A stretch of DNA of 64,000 nucleotides from NCBI GenBank assembly GCA_017462565.1, contig JAFTQW010000015.1:16109-80108 (forward strand). Direction: 5' to 3'. The notes beneath the pieces are model-generated. The model did not search any database. It was not told the origin of the DNA and worked only from the letters and a program-made list of their open reading frames with translations. Source of the stretch: Ruminococcus sp. GTDB taxonomy: Bacteria > Bacillota > Clostridia > Oscillospirales > Ruminococcaceae. Positions 20,736-31,313 of this stretch are shown one piece after another. The position numbers and the translations under genes were made by a program. Every line of letters starts with the position of its first letter. Position 1 is the stretch's first letter.

Positions 20736-21413
20736 ATGGCACATATTTTAGTTGTAGACGATGAAATGAATATCAGAAGAGTAGTTCGTGAGTATGCTGA
20801 ATTTGAGGGGCATCAGGTCACAGAGGCAGAAAACGGCATTGAAGCGGTAAATCTCTGCCATGATACTGATTTTGATCTTATCATAATGGACGTTATGATG
20901 CCGAGACTTGACGGCTACTCAGCCTGCAAGGAGATTCATAAAACCAAGCAGATACCTGTTATAATGCTTTCGGCAAGAGGTGAGGAATATGATAAGCTTT
21001 TTGGCTTTGAGATAGGCGTTGACGATTATGTTGTAAAGCCGTTTTCGCCGAAAGAGCTTATGGCGAGAGTAAAGGTCGTACTCAAAAGAAATTCAATGGC
21101 TGCCGAAGCGTCTCAGCAGGATAAATATGTTTTTGAGGGACTGGAGGTTGATATTTCCGGCAGAGAGGTTTATGTAAACGGTCAGAAAGCTTCTATGACG
21201 CCAAAGGAATATGATCTTCTGTTTTATCTTGTTAAGAATAAGAATATTGCTCTTTCAAGAGACAAGCTTCTTGAAGAAGTTTGGGGATACGATTTCTTTG
21301 GCGATGACAGAACTGTCGACACTCATATAAAAATGCTGAGAAACAGTCTTGGCGAATACAGAAAATTTATCGTTACTCTGAGAGGAATGGGATATAAATT
21401 TGAATCCAATTAA
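20736..21413 (+). CDS. OmpR-family response regulator
   Basis: Receiver domain (ILVVDDE...DLIIMDVMMP...KPF) plus winged-helix output (LTPKEYDLL...RTVDTHIKMLR...GYKF). Confidence 0.93.
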   Translation: MAHILVVDDEMNIRRVVREYAEFEGHQVTEAENGIEAVNLCHDTDFDLIIMDVMMPRLDGYSACKEIHKTKQIPVIMLSARGEEYDKLFGFEIGVDDYVVKPFSPKELMARVKVVLKRNSMAAEASQQDKYVFEGLEVDISGREVYVNGQKASMTPKEYDLLFYLVKNKNIALSRDKLLEEVWGYDFFGDDRTVDTHIKMLRNSLGEYRKFIVTLRGMGYKFESN

Positions 21414-22830
21414 AAAACTGCAAAACGCAAACAGCAGGATTCCTCTTAAATTCAAGATATGGATGTATTTTATTGTATTTACAGTTGCGGTATTTGTGCT
21501 CCTCTGGATTTTTCAGATATTGTTTCTTGAAAAATTTTATGAAAGCATGAAAACTCAGGACGCTTCTGAAAGCATGGATGCGATCTCAGAAGCATATGAT
21601 AAAATGGATAAGACGGAATTCAACAGCTTTATCAGTAAAGTTGCGGTTGATAATGACTTATGTATAGAAGTTCTTGACAGATACGGACGTTCAATTTTTT
21701 CAAAGGATGTTCTCGGTGATTGTCTCATACATGGAAAGGAAAACAGAACAAGAGTGTACATTGTTAACATTCTGCAAAGTGAAGATAAGATCATCCGTTA
21801 TAAAATCAAAAATACCCGAACCAACTATGATATGCTGCTTTTTGGCTGTACTCTGGGAGATCCTGAAAATCCGAGCGGATTTATACTTATAAATTCGGCG
21901 CTTGTTCCGGTCGGCTCAACAGCTTCTATTATAAAGCGTCAGCTTATGCTTATTACGGCTATACTTATTATTGTGGCGTTTGTGATTTCACTGTTTCTAT
22001 CCAAAAGAATTGCAAGACCTATAACCGGAATAACAAGATCTGCTGAAAGACTGGCTAAAGGCGATTTTGATACCAGATTTGAAGGAAAAGGTTATCTTGA
22101 AGCGAAACAGCTTGCCGATACGCTTACATATGCTGAGAAAGAGCTTTCAAGAGTTGATACAATGCAGCGTGATCTTATCGCTAATGTTTCACACGATCTG
22201 CGAACTCCGCTTACAATGCTAAAAGCTTATGCGGAGATGATTCGTGATCTTTCCGGTGACAATCCTGTTAAGCGAAATGAGCATCTTGAAATAATCATCA
22301 ACGAAACTGATCGTTTATCGCTTCTTGTAAACGATATTCTCGATCTTTCCAAGCTTGAAAGCGGTAAGCAGAAGCTTAATCCATCAGAATTTGAAATAAA
22401 AGGCAAAATGATGGAGATCATAGATCGTTTCAGCGGAATATCTGAGAAAAAAGGCTATCATATCAACTTTGAACCGGATGAAGAAAGAATGGTTGTCTGC
22501 GACGTTGTTAAAATTGAACAGGTTATTTATAATCTTATCAACAATGCGATCAATTATACCGGAGCGGATAAACAGGTTTATGTAAGACAGAAAAACCTTG
22601 AGGACGGCGTTCTTATTGAAATAGAAGATACCGGCGACGGTATCGAGGAAGATAAGATAAAGCTGATTTTTGATAAATACTACCGTTCAGAGAACCATAA
22701 ACGGGAAGTAGTAGGAACAGGACTCGGACTTTCAATCGTTAAGGCAGTTCTGAAGATGCATAATTATGATTACGGTGTAAGAAGCGTGATTGGAAAAGGT
22801 TCGATTTTCTGGTTTAAGATCAAAACCTGA
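21400..22830 (+). CDS. Sensor histidine kinase (2 TM, HAMP, HisKA, HATPase_c)
   Basis: H-box SHDLRTPLT, N-box NLINNAINYT, G-boxes EDTGDGI and GTGLGLSIV. TTG start overlaps the regulator gene by 14 nt. Confidence 0.9.
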   Translation: MNPIKKLQNANSRIPLKFKIWMYFIVFTVAVFVLLWIFQILFLEKFYESMKTQDASESMDAISEAYDKMDKTEFNSFISKVAVDNDLCIEVLDRYGRSIFSKDVLGDCLIHGKENRTRVYIVNILQSEDKIIRYKIKNTRTNYDMLLFGCTLGDPENPSGFILINSALVPVGSTASIIKRQLMLITAILIIVAFVISLFLSKRIARPITGITRSAERLAKGDFDTRFEGKGYLEAKQLADTLTYAEKELSRVDTMQRDLIANVSHDLRTPLTMLKAYAEMIRDLSGDNPVKRNEHLEIIINETDRLSLLVNDILDLSKLESGKQKLNPSEFEIKGKMMEIIDRFSGISEKKGYHINFEPDEERMVVCDVVKIEQVIYNLINNAINYTGADKQVYVRQKNLEDGVLIEIEDTGDGIEEDKIKLIFDKYYRSENHKREVVGTGLGLSIVKAVLKMHNYDYGVRSVIGKGSIFWFKIKT

Positions 22831-22896
22831 TAATGATAAAAATTAATTGAAGTTTTACAAATTTATCACAAAAATTTCACAATAGCCTTCTATAAT

Positions 22897-23041
22897 AATA
22901 ATTGCTGAGGGAGAAATCCCGAAGCTGATTTTCATGGTAGTGTAATGTTTACCCCAACATTGCATTATTAAATCCCCAATAATCCCTATATCATGGCAGG
23001 TGAGCTTCCTTTCGAGGAGGCTCATTTGTTTTCTGCTTTTT
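22897..23041 (+). ncRNA. Candidate C-rich small RNA or processed 3' UTR of the two-component operon
   Basis: Non-coding. A TATAAT lies at 22891-22896, but no good -35 is present. Hairpin AATGTT-TACCCC-AACATT displays CCCC in its loop, and TCCCCA and TCCCT motifs follow. Ends at an intrinsic terminator. Confidence 0.25.
23001..23041 (+). terminator. Rho-independent terminator
   Basis: TGAGCTTCC-TTTCGA-GGAGGCTCA hairpin followed by TTTGTTTTCTGCTTTTT. Confidence 0.8.
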
Positions 23042-23077
23042 AAGACGGAGCATCTGTATTTATTATGTTATATATTT

Positions 23078-23109
23078 AAACAGGCACTGATTTAATCAGT
23101 GCCTGTTTA
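23078..23109. terminator. Hairpin terminator downstream of the FemAB-family gene (bidirectional geometry)
   Basis: AAACAGGCACTGA / TCAGTGCCTGTTT 13-bp perfect stem with A/T runs on both flanks. Confidence 0.65.
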
Positions 23110-23112
23110 ATT

Positions 23113-24171
23113 TCAGATATTTTTGGAATTATGCTGCCTCAGACGTTTTATTATTCTTATTACAAAATTTGACACGGCGGACAGGACACGATTATAAGAA
23201 CGGTCAAATTCTCCGGCATATGTAACAACTTCTCCGTTGAATCCTTTTTTAAAACGATACACGCCGTAATTGGGATGATTTTCGTTCTTATAGAAAGGAA
23301 TTCCCTGAAAATCGTGAACGAAGCATCCGTTGTCAACAGCGTCGCTTATCATAGTCCACTGCATGAGATAATTCGGCATAACGTTTCTCATATGTGAAGA
23401 CGAAGCTCCGTAAACGTAATGTGATTTTCCGGCATATCTGACGCAGATTGCTCCGGATAACGGCATTCCCTGACAGTAGCACATATAAAGACTGCAATCA
23501 TCGCCAAGCTTATCGAGCATATCTGCAAAATAACTTTTTCCTCTGATAAGAAAATCGTCCCTTACGCCTGTTTCAGTCATAAGAGCATAGAAATCATCGA
23601 GCGCTTCTTTTCCGCAAACGGAACATTTTACGCCGTGACGCTCGGCAACTCTTATATTGTATCTCCATTTCTTGTGAAACGAAGCAAAAAGCTCCTCTTT
23701 GCTTCTTCCGTAGAAATAAAGCATATAATTATCCCGAACCTGTATTGTTGAAAGTTCGGAAGCGTTTTCCTTGTGGTCAAAGCCGAAAGATTTTATAAAT
23801 TGTATGTATTCCGTATTTTTTTCGGAAATACACGGGTCGATTTTAAGCTGATACGCATGACGTTCTTTTGCAAGCTCATCAATAGCATCAATAAGCTCCC
23901 TGAACGTTTTCTCATCGTCATAATCGCAGATCGGTCCATGGGGACAATAAAACAAAGACCTTCTTATAAGAGGAATCTTTTTAATAAGAATAAGAGCCGT
24001 TCCCTTTATTTCGTCGTTTTCATTTCTTACTGCAATAATTTCACAATTCCAGTTTTCTTTAAGATTCGCCCATTTTACAGACTGTGTAAAGAATCCGTTT
24101 TTATGTGATCTCACGAAGTTTTCATACTCTTTAACTTTATTTTCATCTTGCAAATTAATTATTTCACTCAT
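23113..24171 (-). CDS. FemAB-family peptidoglycan interpeptide-bridge aminoacyltransferase
   Basis: 352 aa. The N-terminus (FVRSHKNGFFTQSVKWANLKENW) and the overall pattern are typical of FemX/MurM-like tRNA-dependent transferases. Confidence 0.75.
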   Translation of the reverse strand: MSEIINLQDENKVKEYENFVRSHKNGFFTQSVKWANLKENWNCEIIAVRNENDEIKGTALILIKKIPLIRRSLFYCPHGPICDYDDEKTFRELIDAIDELAKERHAYQLKIDPCISEKNTEYIQFIKSFGFDHKENASELSTIQVRDNYMLYFYGRSKEELFASFHKKWRYNIRVAERHGVKCSVCGKEALDDFYALMTETGVRDDFLIRGKSYFADMLDKLGDDCSLYMCYCQGMPLSGAICVRYAGKSHYVYGASSSHMRNVMPNYLMQWTMISDAVDNGCFVHDFQGIPFYKNENHPNYGVYRFKKGFNGEVVTYAGEFDRSYNRVLSAVSNFVIRIIKRLRQHNSKNI

Positions 24172-24279
24172 GATAAAACTCCTTCATTTATTGTTCTGAT
24201 ACAAAAAATATATCATACAATAAGCGAAGGAGTCCTCATAAAAATGCAAAAGAAATGAATATTTTAAGCAAAATCGTTT

Positions 24280-24459
24280 TCAATAAGCAGTAATAATATT
24301 TTGAACATACTGCTGCATTTCTTTTCTTGATTCAACAGCATGAGTTCCGCTTACAACTTCCCACTTCTGCTTGTCGGTAAGCGACGAAAATTTCTGCATG
24401 GCCTCGGGATTTTGTGCAAGAGCCATTCCTAATCCAACAGGCATTTCAAATTTGTCCAT
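24280..24459 (-). CDS. Small hypothetical protein (59 aa)
   Basis: The ORF track starts at 24540. The ATG at 24459 is preceded by AAAGGAG at an 8-nt spacer. Product MDKFEMPVGLGMALAQNPEAMQKF... has no motif I recognise. Confidence 0.5.
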   Translation of the reverse strand: MDKFEMPVGLGMALAQNPEAMQKFSSLTDKQKWEVVSGTHAVESRKEMQQYVQNIITAY

Positions 24460-24618
24460 AAAATCAACTCCTTTAGACTTATTATTTCTCATATCATAAA
24501 ATTTATACTCATAATTCAGCGAAAAGCATTGTAAGCGCACTATTTTTGTGATATAATAAATTATGAATGGAAAGCTGCGCTACAGCAAAAACTGCACATT
24601 ACCCGACGGAGGCTTATT

Positions 24619-26187
24619 ATGGAACAAAACGAAAAAATCATAAGACTGATAAAAAATAAAAAGAAAGGCATTTTCCATCTGATTTTCAGCCGATTATTCT
24701 TTATGATAATCCTGATAGCTTTTCAGCTGCTTCTGTTTGTTTCAATTTATGACATTATAAGAGAAAACATTCCGTTTTTTCCGATACTGCAAACCATTTT
24801 CTTCCTTGTCATGATATTCTATCTTTTCCGGTGCGATATGGATTCAACTGCTAAACTGACATGGCTTGCTATTATAGTATTGTTTCCCATTCCGGGAAGT
24901 ATTTTTCTATGGTACACACGAAACAGTATCGGTCATAAGGCTAACAAAAACAGGATTGAATATCTCATAAATGAAACCAAAAATAAGCTTGTTCAGAGCA
25001 GAGAAACATTTGAAAATCCGGTTCTGGCAAATTCAGGTATAGACGATTTATGCCGATATATCAACAGAACCGGGTGTTTTCCTATTTACGAACATACTGA
25101 AACAACTTTTTTCCCTTTGGGAGAAAATAAATTTGAAGCTATGCTGGAAGAGTTGAAAAAAGCCGAAAAATTCATCTTCATGGAGTATTTTATCATTAGC
25201 GAGGGCTATATGTGGGGAAAGGTTCTTGAAATACTTATCGAGAAGGTAAAACAGGGAGTCGATGTTCGTGTAATGTACGACGGAATGTGCGAAATTTCAT
25301 CACTCAGCTTTGACTACGCTTCAAGAGTTTCCAAACTGGGTATAAAATGCAAAGCTTTCGCTCCTATAATGCCGTTCATCTCAACTCACTACAATTACCG
25401 TGATCACCGCAAGATACTCGTTATAGACGGAAATGTCGCCTTCAACGGCGGAATAAATCTTGCCGATGAATATATCAATAAAACCGTCCGCTTTGGTCAC
25501 TGGAAGGATACTGCGGTTATGCTTAAAGGCGACGCTGTTCAAAGTTTTACCCTCATGTTTCTTCAGATGTGGAATATCAGCGAAAAAAATCCCAAGTGGG
25601 ACGAGTTTCTGACGCTTCCGGAGAAAAAATCCAGAACCGACGGTTTCATAATGCCCTATGCCGATTGTCCTCTGGACGATGACAAAGTCGGTGAAAACGT
25701 TTATATGGATATTCTCAACCGTGCGACAAAATATGTTCACATTATGACTCCTTACCTGATTCTCGACGGCGAACTTGAAACTGCGATAAAATTTGCAGCC
25801 GAGAGGGGAATAGACGTTAAAATAATCCTTCCGGGAATTCCCGATAAAAAGGGCGCTTATGCCCTTGCGAAAACTCATTACAGCTCGCTTATCAAGGCTG
25901 GAGTAAAAATTTATGAGTATACTCCCGGATTCGTTCATGCGAAAGTCTGCGTCTGCGATGATGAAAAAGCTGTTATCGGAACGATAAATCTCGATTACCG
26001 CAGTCTTTATCATCACTATGAATGCGCAACCTATATGTACAAGGCAAGCTGCATTGAAAGTATCGAAAACGATTTTACGGATACTCTTGCCAAATGCCGC
26101 AGTATAACTCCGGAAACTATCAAAAAAGAAAAATTGTATTACAAAATAGTTGGAAGCGTTCTTAAAATTTTAGCTCCCCTTATGTAA
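24619..26187 (+). CDS. cls: Cardiolipin synthase (PLD superfamily)
   Basis: N-terminal TM helices and two HKD motifs (HRKILVIDGNVAFNGGINL and HAKVCVCDDEKAVIGTINLD). Confidence 0.92.
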   Translation: MEQNEKIIRLIKNKKKGIFHLIFSRLFFMIILIAFQLLLFVSIYDIIRENIPFFPILQTIFFLVMIFYLFRCDMDSTAKLTWLAIIVLFPIPGSIFLWYTRNSIGHKANKNRIEYLINETKNKLVQSRETFENPVLANSGIDDLCRYINRTGCFPIYEHTETTFFPLGENKFEAMLEELKKAEKFIFMEYFIISEGYMWGKVLEILIEKVKQGVDVRVMYDGMCEISSLSFDYASRVSKLGIKCKAFAPIMPFISTHYNYRDHRKILVIDGNVAFNGGINLADEYINKTVRFGHWKDTAVMLKGDAVQSFTLMFLQMWNISEKNPKWDEFLTLPEKKSRTDGFIMPYADCPLDDDKVGENVYMDILNRATKYVHIMTPYLILDGELETAIKFAAERGIDVKIILPGIPDKKGAYALAKTHYSSLIKAGVKIYEYTPGFVHAKVCVCDDEKAVIGTINLDYRSLYHHYECATYMYKASCIESIENDFTDTLAKCRSITPETIKKEKLYYKIVGSVLKILAPLM

Positions 26188-26293
26188 AAATTACAAATTA
26201 GATATAATCATAAAAATCTCTTGTAATAAAAAAATTTTTATGGTATAATACTAATGTATTTTAGAACTTGTTTTTATTCAAGGAGGTCACAGC

Positions 26294-26866
26294 TTGGAAG
26301 AATATATTTACATAATCATCGCTCAAACCGGTACAAGACCGGCAAGATTCTTCAGATTCTTCACGAAAAAACCATATAATCACGTTTCTCTTTCCGGCGA
26401 TGTAACTCTTTCTGAAATGTACAGCTTTTGCAGAACTTATCGCCGCTTTCCTCTTCCTGCAACTTTCAATAAGGAAACTGTCGGAAAAGGTACGCTCGGA
26501 AACTTTGATTTCATTCCCTGTGAAATTTACAGGATACCTGTAACGCATGAGCAAAAAGAAGAATATAATCGTACTATACGTCATTTTGTAAATCACAGAA
26601 GAGTGTATTCATACAATCTGCTCGGTCTGCTTGCCATTTACTTCAATATTGAACTGAAAAGAGAAAACAGCTTTGTCTGTTCACAGTTTGTTGCCTATAC
26701 TATGAGCAAGATCGGTATTAAGCTCGACAAGCCGATTTACCTCTACCGTCCTGATGATTTCCGTAATTTTCCGGGAGCAACGCTTATTTATTCAGGCGAG
26801 CTTAATGATTTTTACTATAATATTCATTCAAAAAAGCTCACAAAGCGAAATCAGGTAGCACATTGA
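26294..26866 (+). CDS. Possible permuted papain-like (YiiX/YaeF-type NlpC/P60) hydrolase
   Basis: TTG start with AAGGAGG upstream. His (PYNHVSL) precedes Cys (CSQFVAYTM), as in permuted NlpC/P60 enzymes. The assignment is tentative. Confidence 0.4.
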   Translation: MEEYIYIIIAQTGTRPARFFRFFTKKPYNHVSLSGDVTLSEMYSFCRTYRRFPLPATFNKETVGKGTLGNFDFIPCEIYRIPVTHEQKEEYNRTIRHFVNHRRVYSYNLLGLLAIYFNIELKRENSFVCSQFVAYTMSKIGIKLDKPIYLYRPDDFRNFPGATLIYSGELNDFYYNIHSKKLTKRNQVAH

Positions 26867-27133
26867 ACGTAATTCGTCAGGTGAAAGCAGATATGCGGCG
26901 CAGTATAATCTGCTGTCGGGAGCTATTTCCGACAAATTGAAGCTTATCTCATGGTCAAGAAGCTCAAAATGAGCGGTATTCCCGCTGAGATTAAGACTTG
27001 CGGGAGCTATTTTTTCATCCGAAAGTCTATTGTATGAATTTGAATATGAATTTAAAAACATCCATGAACCTATCATCAGGAGCATATAAACAAAAATTGC
27101 TCTGAGTAAGGTTCTTTTTCTTTTTCTACGCAT
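26828..27133 (-). CDS. Small membrane-anchored hypothetical protein downstream of spoIIP
   Basis: AGGAG RBS. Starts 8 nt after the spoIIP stop. Positively charged N-terminus (MRRKRKRT) followed by a TM helix. The 3' end overlaps the convergent 26294 gene by 39 nt. Confidence 0.5.
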   Translation of the reverse strand: MRRKRKRTLLRAIFVYMLLMIGSWMFLNSYSNSYNRLSDEKIAPASLNLSGNTAHFELLDHEISFNLSEIAPDSRLYCAAYLLSPDELRSMCYLISLCELF

Positions 27134-27141
27134 TATTTCTC

Positions 27142-28311
27142 CTATTTCATTGAATTAAGAAGCTCTCCGAGAGATCTTCCTATAAGCTGCCCTGAATACT
27201 GAACCTGATCGAGAGTGTTTCCGTGCGAACCAACCTCGATAAGCAGACTTCCTGTCGTAAGATCCTGATTGTAATGGCGGTAATCAAATAAAATCGGTCT
27301 TGTCAATCCCGGATTATCACCCTCCAGCTTCTGCTGAAGATTACAGGCGAAGTGAAAATTTTTCATGTAATTAGGCATTCCGAGAGTTCCGTCATCACAG
27401 CCTGAGATTATCATTATCTGAGCAGCCTCTTTTCCGTCTATTTCCACATATGGCTGATAAGCGTAATTTTCTCCGGCTATGGCGTCACGATGAATGTCGA
27501 GAGCGACTTTAATTGTCGGATACTGCTCCAGAATCGGAACGATTGACGCTCTGCTCCGATCGTACGAACCGTTATAAGACGGATAGTCGTGAATCGTTCT
27601 TACATGAATAACGCCTATTCCCTGTGCTTCAAGCTCTGCCTGTATTGCATCGCCTATCATAACGACATTTTTTGTTTCATCAGTTGTACGATAATTAAAA
27701 TTGGCGTCAAGTTTTTCCCGGACGTACGGCTCGAAGCTTTCGGTCGTGTGAGTATGATATATAAGAACCTGCGGTTCGGAAGTATCGCTTATGGTAAAAT
27801 TCGGGAGGTATCTGCTCTCCTCCATAAGCTTTTCATTAGGTATCGAAGTTTTATTGTTGACCTGTCCGCATTTTTCCAGGTCAAAGAAAGCTGTTCCGCT
27901 GTATGGAGTATAGGTATTGCGGATAATATCTCCTCCGGCAACCCATTCGCTCTCCGAAGGATAAGGTTTTTCTCCGGGAGCTGAAGATACCATTTCAAGC
28001 GGACTGACGAGTTTTACTCCTTTTTCGGCGACCTCTTCATTAAATCCGTAACCCTCGGATAAAATCACGCTTTCGCTGAGAATATCATCCTGTTCGTTTG
28101 AAAAATCACGGCTGATAACGGACGTTTCTTCATTGTTCTCAGCGGAAACGGCTGCGGACGGAGTTTTTTCTGCGCTGAATCCGCTGGTTTGTGAAAGAAC
28201 AGACTTTAATCCGGACGCTCCCTTAAAAGTTGCTGCAACCGCAACCGGAAGCGTCAGAAGTACGCAGAATTTTACTATTCCTATAACTTTACGACGTTTG
28301 TGACGTGTCAT
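27142..28311 (-). CDS. spoIIP: Stage II sporulation protein P (SpoIIP-family amidase)
   Basis: N-terminal anchor, IYHTHTTESF motif, LDIHRDA, and a C-terminal LIEVGSHGNT pattern typical of SpoIIP. Confidence 0.85.
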   Translation of the reverse strand: MTRHKRRKVIGIVKFCVLLTLPVAVAATFKGASGLKSVLSQTSGFSAEKTPSAAVSAENNEETSVISRDFSNEQDDILSESVILSEGYGFNEEVAEKGVKLVSPLEMVSSAPGEKPYPSESEWVAGGDIIRNTYTPYSGTAFFDLEKCGQVNNKTSIPNEKLMEESRYLPNFTISDTSEPQVLIYHTHTTESFEPYVREKLDANFNYRTTDETKNVVMIGDAIQAELEAQGIGVIHVRTIHDYPSYNGSYDRSRASIVPILEQYPTIKVALDIHRDAIAGENYAYQPYVEIDGKEAAQIMIISGCDDGTLGMPNYMKNFHFACNLQQKLEGDNPGLTRPILFDYRHYNQDLTTGSLLIEVGSHGNTLDQVQYSGQLIGRSLGELLNSMK

Positions 28312-28427
28312 ATCCTCACCTCATTATTATAACCTTTTATTTGATTATATTCATGAGAAAGCTCTGATATTTCTTAGATGACATTTTTCTTGCTTTTCTC
28401 TCATAATGTTTTATCGAGGTGATTTAT

Positions 28428-29318
28428 ATGTATGAAACTTACAGTGCGAAAAGATTTTTATGGCTTCTTGCCCTGGATGTTGTTATTTTCTCGATATGCA
28501 GTGTTTTTTTCCTGATAGCAAAGGAAATGTTTTTCTCTTCCGCTCAGGAAAAAAACGATGAAGCCCCTATTTCTCTGCCTGTAATAATGTACCACAGTGT
28601 GTACGGCGAGCAGCCGTCTGAATATATCGTGACTCCGAATCAGCTTGAAAGCGATCTTAAATGGCTGAAATCCAACGGTTATACATCCGTTTCGGCAAAA
28701 GAGCTTATTGATTATACTCAAAATGACGGTGAACTTCCGGAAAAACCGGTACTAATAACTCTTGATGACGGACACTATAATAATCTTTCGGTTCTGCTGC
28801 CCCTGCTTGAAAAATATGATATGTGCGCTGTTGTTTCGGTGGTCGGAAGCTACACGGAAAGGCTTGCATATAACGATTCTCATAACGATAAATATTCCTA
28901 TCTTACATGGGAAGATATTTCAGCCCTTATTGACTCCGAAAGAATAGAGATCGGTAATCATACATACGATATGCATTCTTTTAACGGAGTAAGGAAAGGC
29001 TGTTCAAAACTTGCCGGAGAAAGCGAAGAGGAATACCGCAATATTTTAATGAGCGATCTGTTGCTTCTTCAGAATGAAATAAAGAACAAAACCGGAATTT
29101 CTCCCTATATTTTTGCATATCCGTTTGGCTATATAAGCAGAGAAAGTCTGCCGGTAATAAGAGAATGCGGATTTCTGGTCACTCTGACCTGCTATGAGAA
29201 AATGAACTATATAACCCGTAATCCAGATTCGCTCCTCGGACTGAATCGTTACAACCGCAGCGGATTTTATTCAACCGAGGAATATATGCGAATGCTCACA
29301 CGTGAAAAAGAAGCATAA
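28428..29318 (+). CDS. Membrane-anchored polysaccharide deacetylase (NodB homology domain)
   Basis: ITLDDGH, HTYDMH and the other NodB motifs. ATG 28428 has GAGGTGA 5 nt upstream; GTG 28419 is the alternative start. Confidence 0.8.
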   Translation: MYETYSAKRFLWLLALDVVIFSICSVFFLIAKEMFFSSAQEKNDEAPISLPVIMYHSVYGEQPSEYIVTPNQLESDLKWLKSNGYTSVSAKELIDYTQNDGELPEKPVLITLDDGHYNNLSVLLPLLEKYDMCAVVSVVGSYTERLAYNDSHNDKYSYLTWEDISALIDSERIEIGNHTYDMHSFNGVRKGCSKLAGESEEEYRNILMSDLLLLQNEIKNKTGISPYIFAYPFGYISRESLPVIRECGFLVTLTCYEKMNYITRNPDSLLGLNRYNRSGFYSTEEYMRMLTREKEA

Positions 29319-29362
29319 AAAAGTTCACATCAAGCATTTTCTGCTTGATGTGAACAAAATAA

Positions 29363-29959
29363 TTATCCAAGAACTACGAGTTCTTCACCGCTGTGGTCGT
29401 AATCGGAAGCATCTGTCGTTACCGTTGAGGAGGATTCCTGCGTCGTTGCAGAAGTGCCGTCATTGGGGGAAGTTTCAGCTGCACTTTTTTCGTGGGTAAC
29501 ATTGAATTGTTTCATTATATATTCAAAAAACTCATCAAACGAATTAACTCCGAGCTGTTTCCAGTAATCGTCGTATTTCGGATCACGATATTTATCATAA
29601 TATTCCGGAATTGCTCCGGTTTTCTCATATTCTGACGTAATAGAGGTAAAATTATCAGTTAAATATTTCATATCCGGATAAATTTTCACCATTATCACAG
29701 CATAAAACACAAACAAAATCGTTGAAAGAGATGAAACTACAATTGCAATTATCGAAAACGGTTTTCCTCCACGTCTCTTTTTAAGCGAAACGATTGCCAT
29801 TATAAGCGCTATCGGTACGGCAATAAAGCTCAAAACGCTTCTGAAAATGATAAAATTTATAAGACTTATGCAAAATGCTGCAATAGCAAGACCCGTTCTC
29901 TGTGAGTCAGGAAGAACTTGTCCGTTCGGATAACCGATGTAATTATTTTCATTTTCCAT
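29363..29959 (-). CDS. Hypothetical integral membrane protein
   Basis: 198 aa. Three hydrophobic helices followed by a Ser/Thr-rich acidic tail. No catalytic motif. Confidence 0.55.
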   Translation of the reverse strand: MENENNYIGYPNGQVLPDSQRTGLAIAAFCISLINFIIFRSVLSFIAVPIALIMAIVSLKKRRGGKPFSIIAIVVSSLSTILFVFYAVIMVKIYPDMKYLTDNFTSITSEYEKTGAIPEYYDKYRDPKYDDYWKQLGVNSFDEFFEYIMKQFNVTHEKSAAETSPNDGTSATTQESSSTVTTDASDYDHSGEELVVLG

Positions 29960-29969
29960 AAATTTCTCC

Positions 29970-30917
29970 TTAAAGGCTTGTCTCCCAGTTCCAGCTTCTT
30001 ATCTCAAGCTCGTCAAGATTATAGGGCGTTTTCTGGTATACGCAGTAATTCAGCCAGTTTGAAAACATAAGATTTGCCGTACATTTCCATGAAAACAGCG
30101 GCATTTTATCCGGATCGTCATCAGGGAAATAATTATACGGTATCTGAATATCGATTCCCTTCTCTACATCACGCCGATACTCGTTGGCGATAGTATCTCT
30201 GTCGTATTCTGAATGTCCGGTAATAAAATACTGCCGTCCGTTTTTGTTTGCGACGATATGGATTCCGGAAATATCGGATGAAGTCAAGATCTCAAGCTGA
30301 GGAATTTTCTCGATATCTTCTCGTCTTACTTCTGTATTTCTTGAATGCGGAACGAGAAAAACATCGTCGAATCCTCTTAAAAGCTGGCAGTTGCTCACTT
30401 CTGCCCTATGCGGAAAAATTCCGAACATTTTCTTTTCAAGAGGATATTTAGGGATTCCGAAATGATAATAGAGTCCTGCCTGAGCCGCCCAGCAGATATA
30501 AAGAGTTGAGAAAACGTGAGTTTTAGACCACTCCATAATCTTTGTGATCTCTTCCCAGTAGTCAACCTGTTCATATTCAAGAAGCTCGACAGGAGCGCCG
30601 GTTATTATCATCCCGTCATAGCGGTTTCCTGCAATCTCATCAAAGGTTTTGTAAAACGACTCAAGATGACGCTGAGAAGTATTCCTCGAAGTATGCGAAG
30701 CCATCTGCAAAAGGTCTATATCAACCTGTATCGGCGTATTGCTGAGAAGCCTTAAAAGCTGACTTTCAGTTTCAATTTTTTTTGGCATGATATTGAGGAT
30801 AACGACCTTCAGCGGACGAATATCCTGATGCTCTGCCCTGTCACGGGACATTACGAAGATATTTTCTTCTCCAAGCGTTTTGAATGCCGGAAGTTCAGAT
30901 GGTATTCTTATTGGCAT
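29970..30917 (-). CDS. metA: Homoserine O-acyltransferase MetA
   Basis: [24 protein letters not shown]-terminus, [15 protein letters not shown] active-site Cys region, PHSR. Confidence 0.93.
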   Translation of the reverse strand: MPIRIPSELPAFKTLGEENIFVMSRDRAEHQDIRPLKVVILNIMPKKIETESQLLRLLSNTPIQVDIDLLQMASHTSRNTSQRHLESFYKTFDEIAGNRYDGMIITGAPVELLEYEQVDYWEEITKIMEWSKTHVFSTLYICWAAQAGLYYHFGIPKYPLEKKMFGIFPHRAEVSNCQLLRGFDDVFLVPHSRNTEVRREDIEKIPQLEILTSSDISGIHIVANKNGRQYFITGHSEYDRDTIANEYRRDVEKGIDIQIPYNYFPDDDPDKMPLFSWKCTANLMFSNWLNYCVYQKTPYNLDELEIRSWNWETSL

Positions 30918-30934
30918 TTCAAATCGCTCCTTTC

Positions 30935-31312
30935 TTATTTATTGTGTTTGCAATTTTGACAGCCGTTCATAAATCTGTCGATATTTTCTGCAGTTTTGCT
31001 GTTTTCCGGCAGAAATTTCAGTTTGCGGAGATTTGCGTATTTTTTTTCGTCGGAAATCTGGAATTCCATTGTTTCAACAGCTTTAATGCAGCTTTTGAAT
31101 ATAACCGAGCGGACAAGTCCGTCGCAGAGCATAAGATCTCCGCCGTCGTCATAATCGTAAACGACAGTCTTGTCCTTTTCGTATGAATATGCGATAAAGC
31201 CGATCACCTCGTCTTTATCAACAGCTTCCGTTATGTGAAACGAATCTGATGCTGCCGATCCGGAAAGCTCTTCATAGCCGTCTGCGGTAAACTTTTCCCG
31301 AATTTCGAGCAT
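30935..31312 (-). CDS. Hypothetical protein (125 aa)
   Basis: ATG 31312 lies 1 nt after the rluB stop and has AAGGAG at a 7-nt spacer. The ORF-track start (31330) would overlap rluB. No motif recognised. Confidence 0.5.
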   Translation of the reverse strand: MLEIREKFTADGYEELSGSAASDSFHITEAVDKDEVIGFIAYSYEKDKTVVYDYDDGGDLMLCDGLVRSVIFKSCIKAVETMEFQISDEKKYANLRKLKFLPENSKTAENIDRFMNGCQNCKHNK

Positions 31313-31313
31313 A

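Noticed and set aside
25381-26016. 211-aa ORF on the minus strand
   Set aside because: It is antisense to the second HKD half of cardiolipin synthase. It is a shadow ORF.
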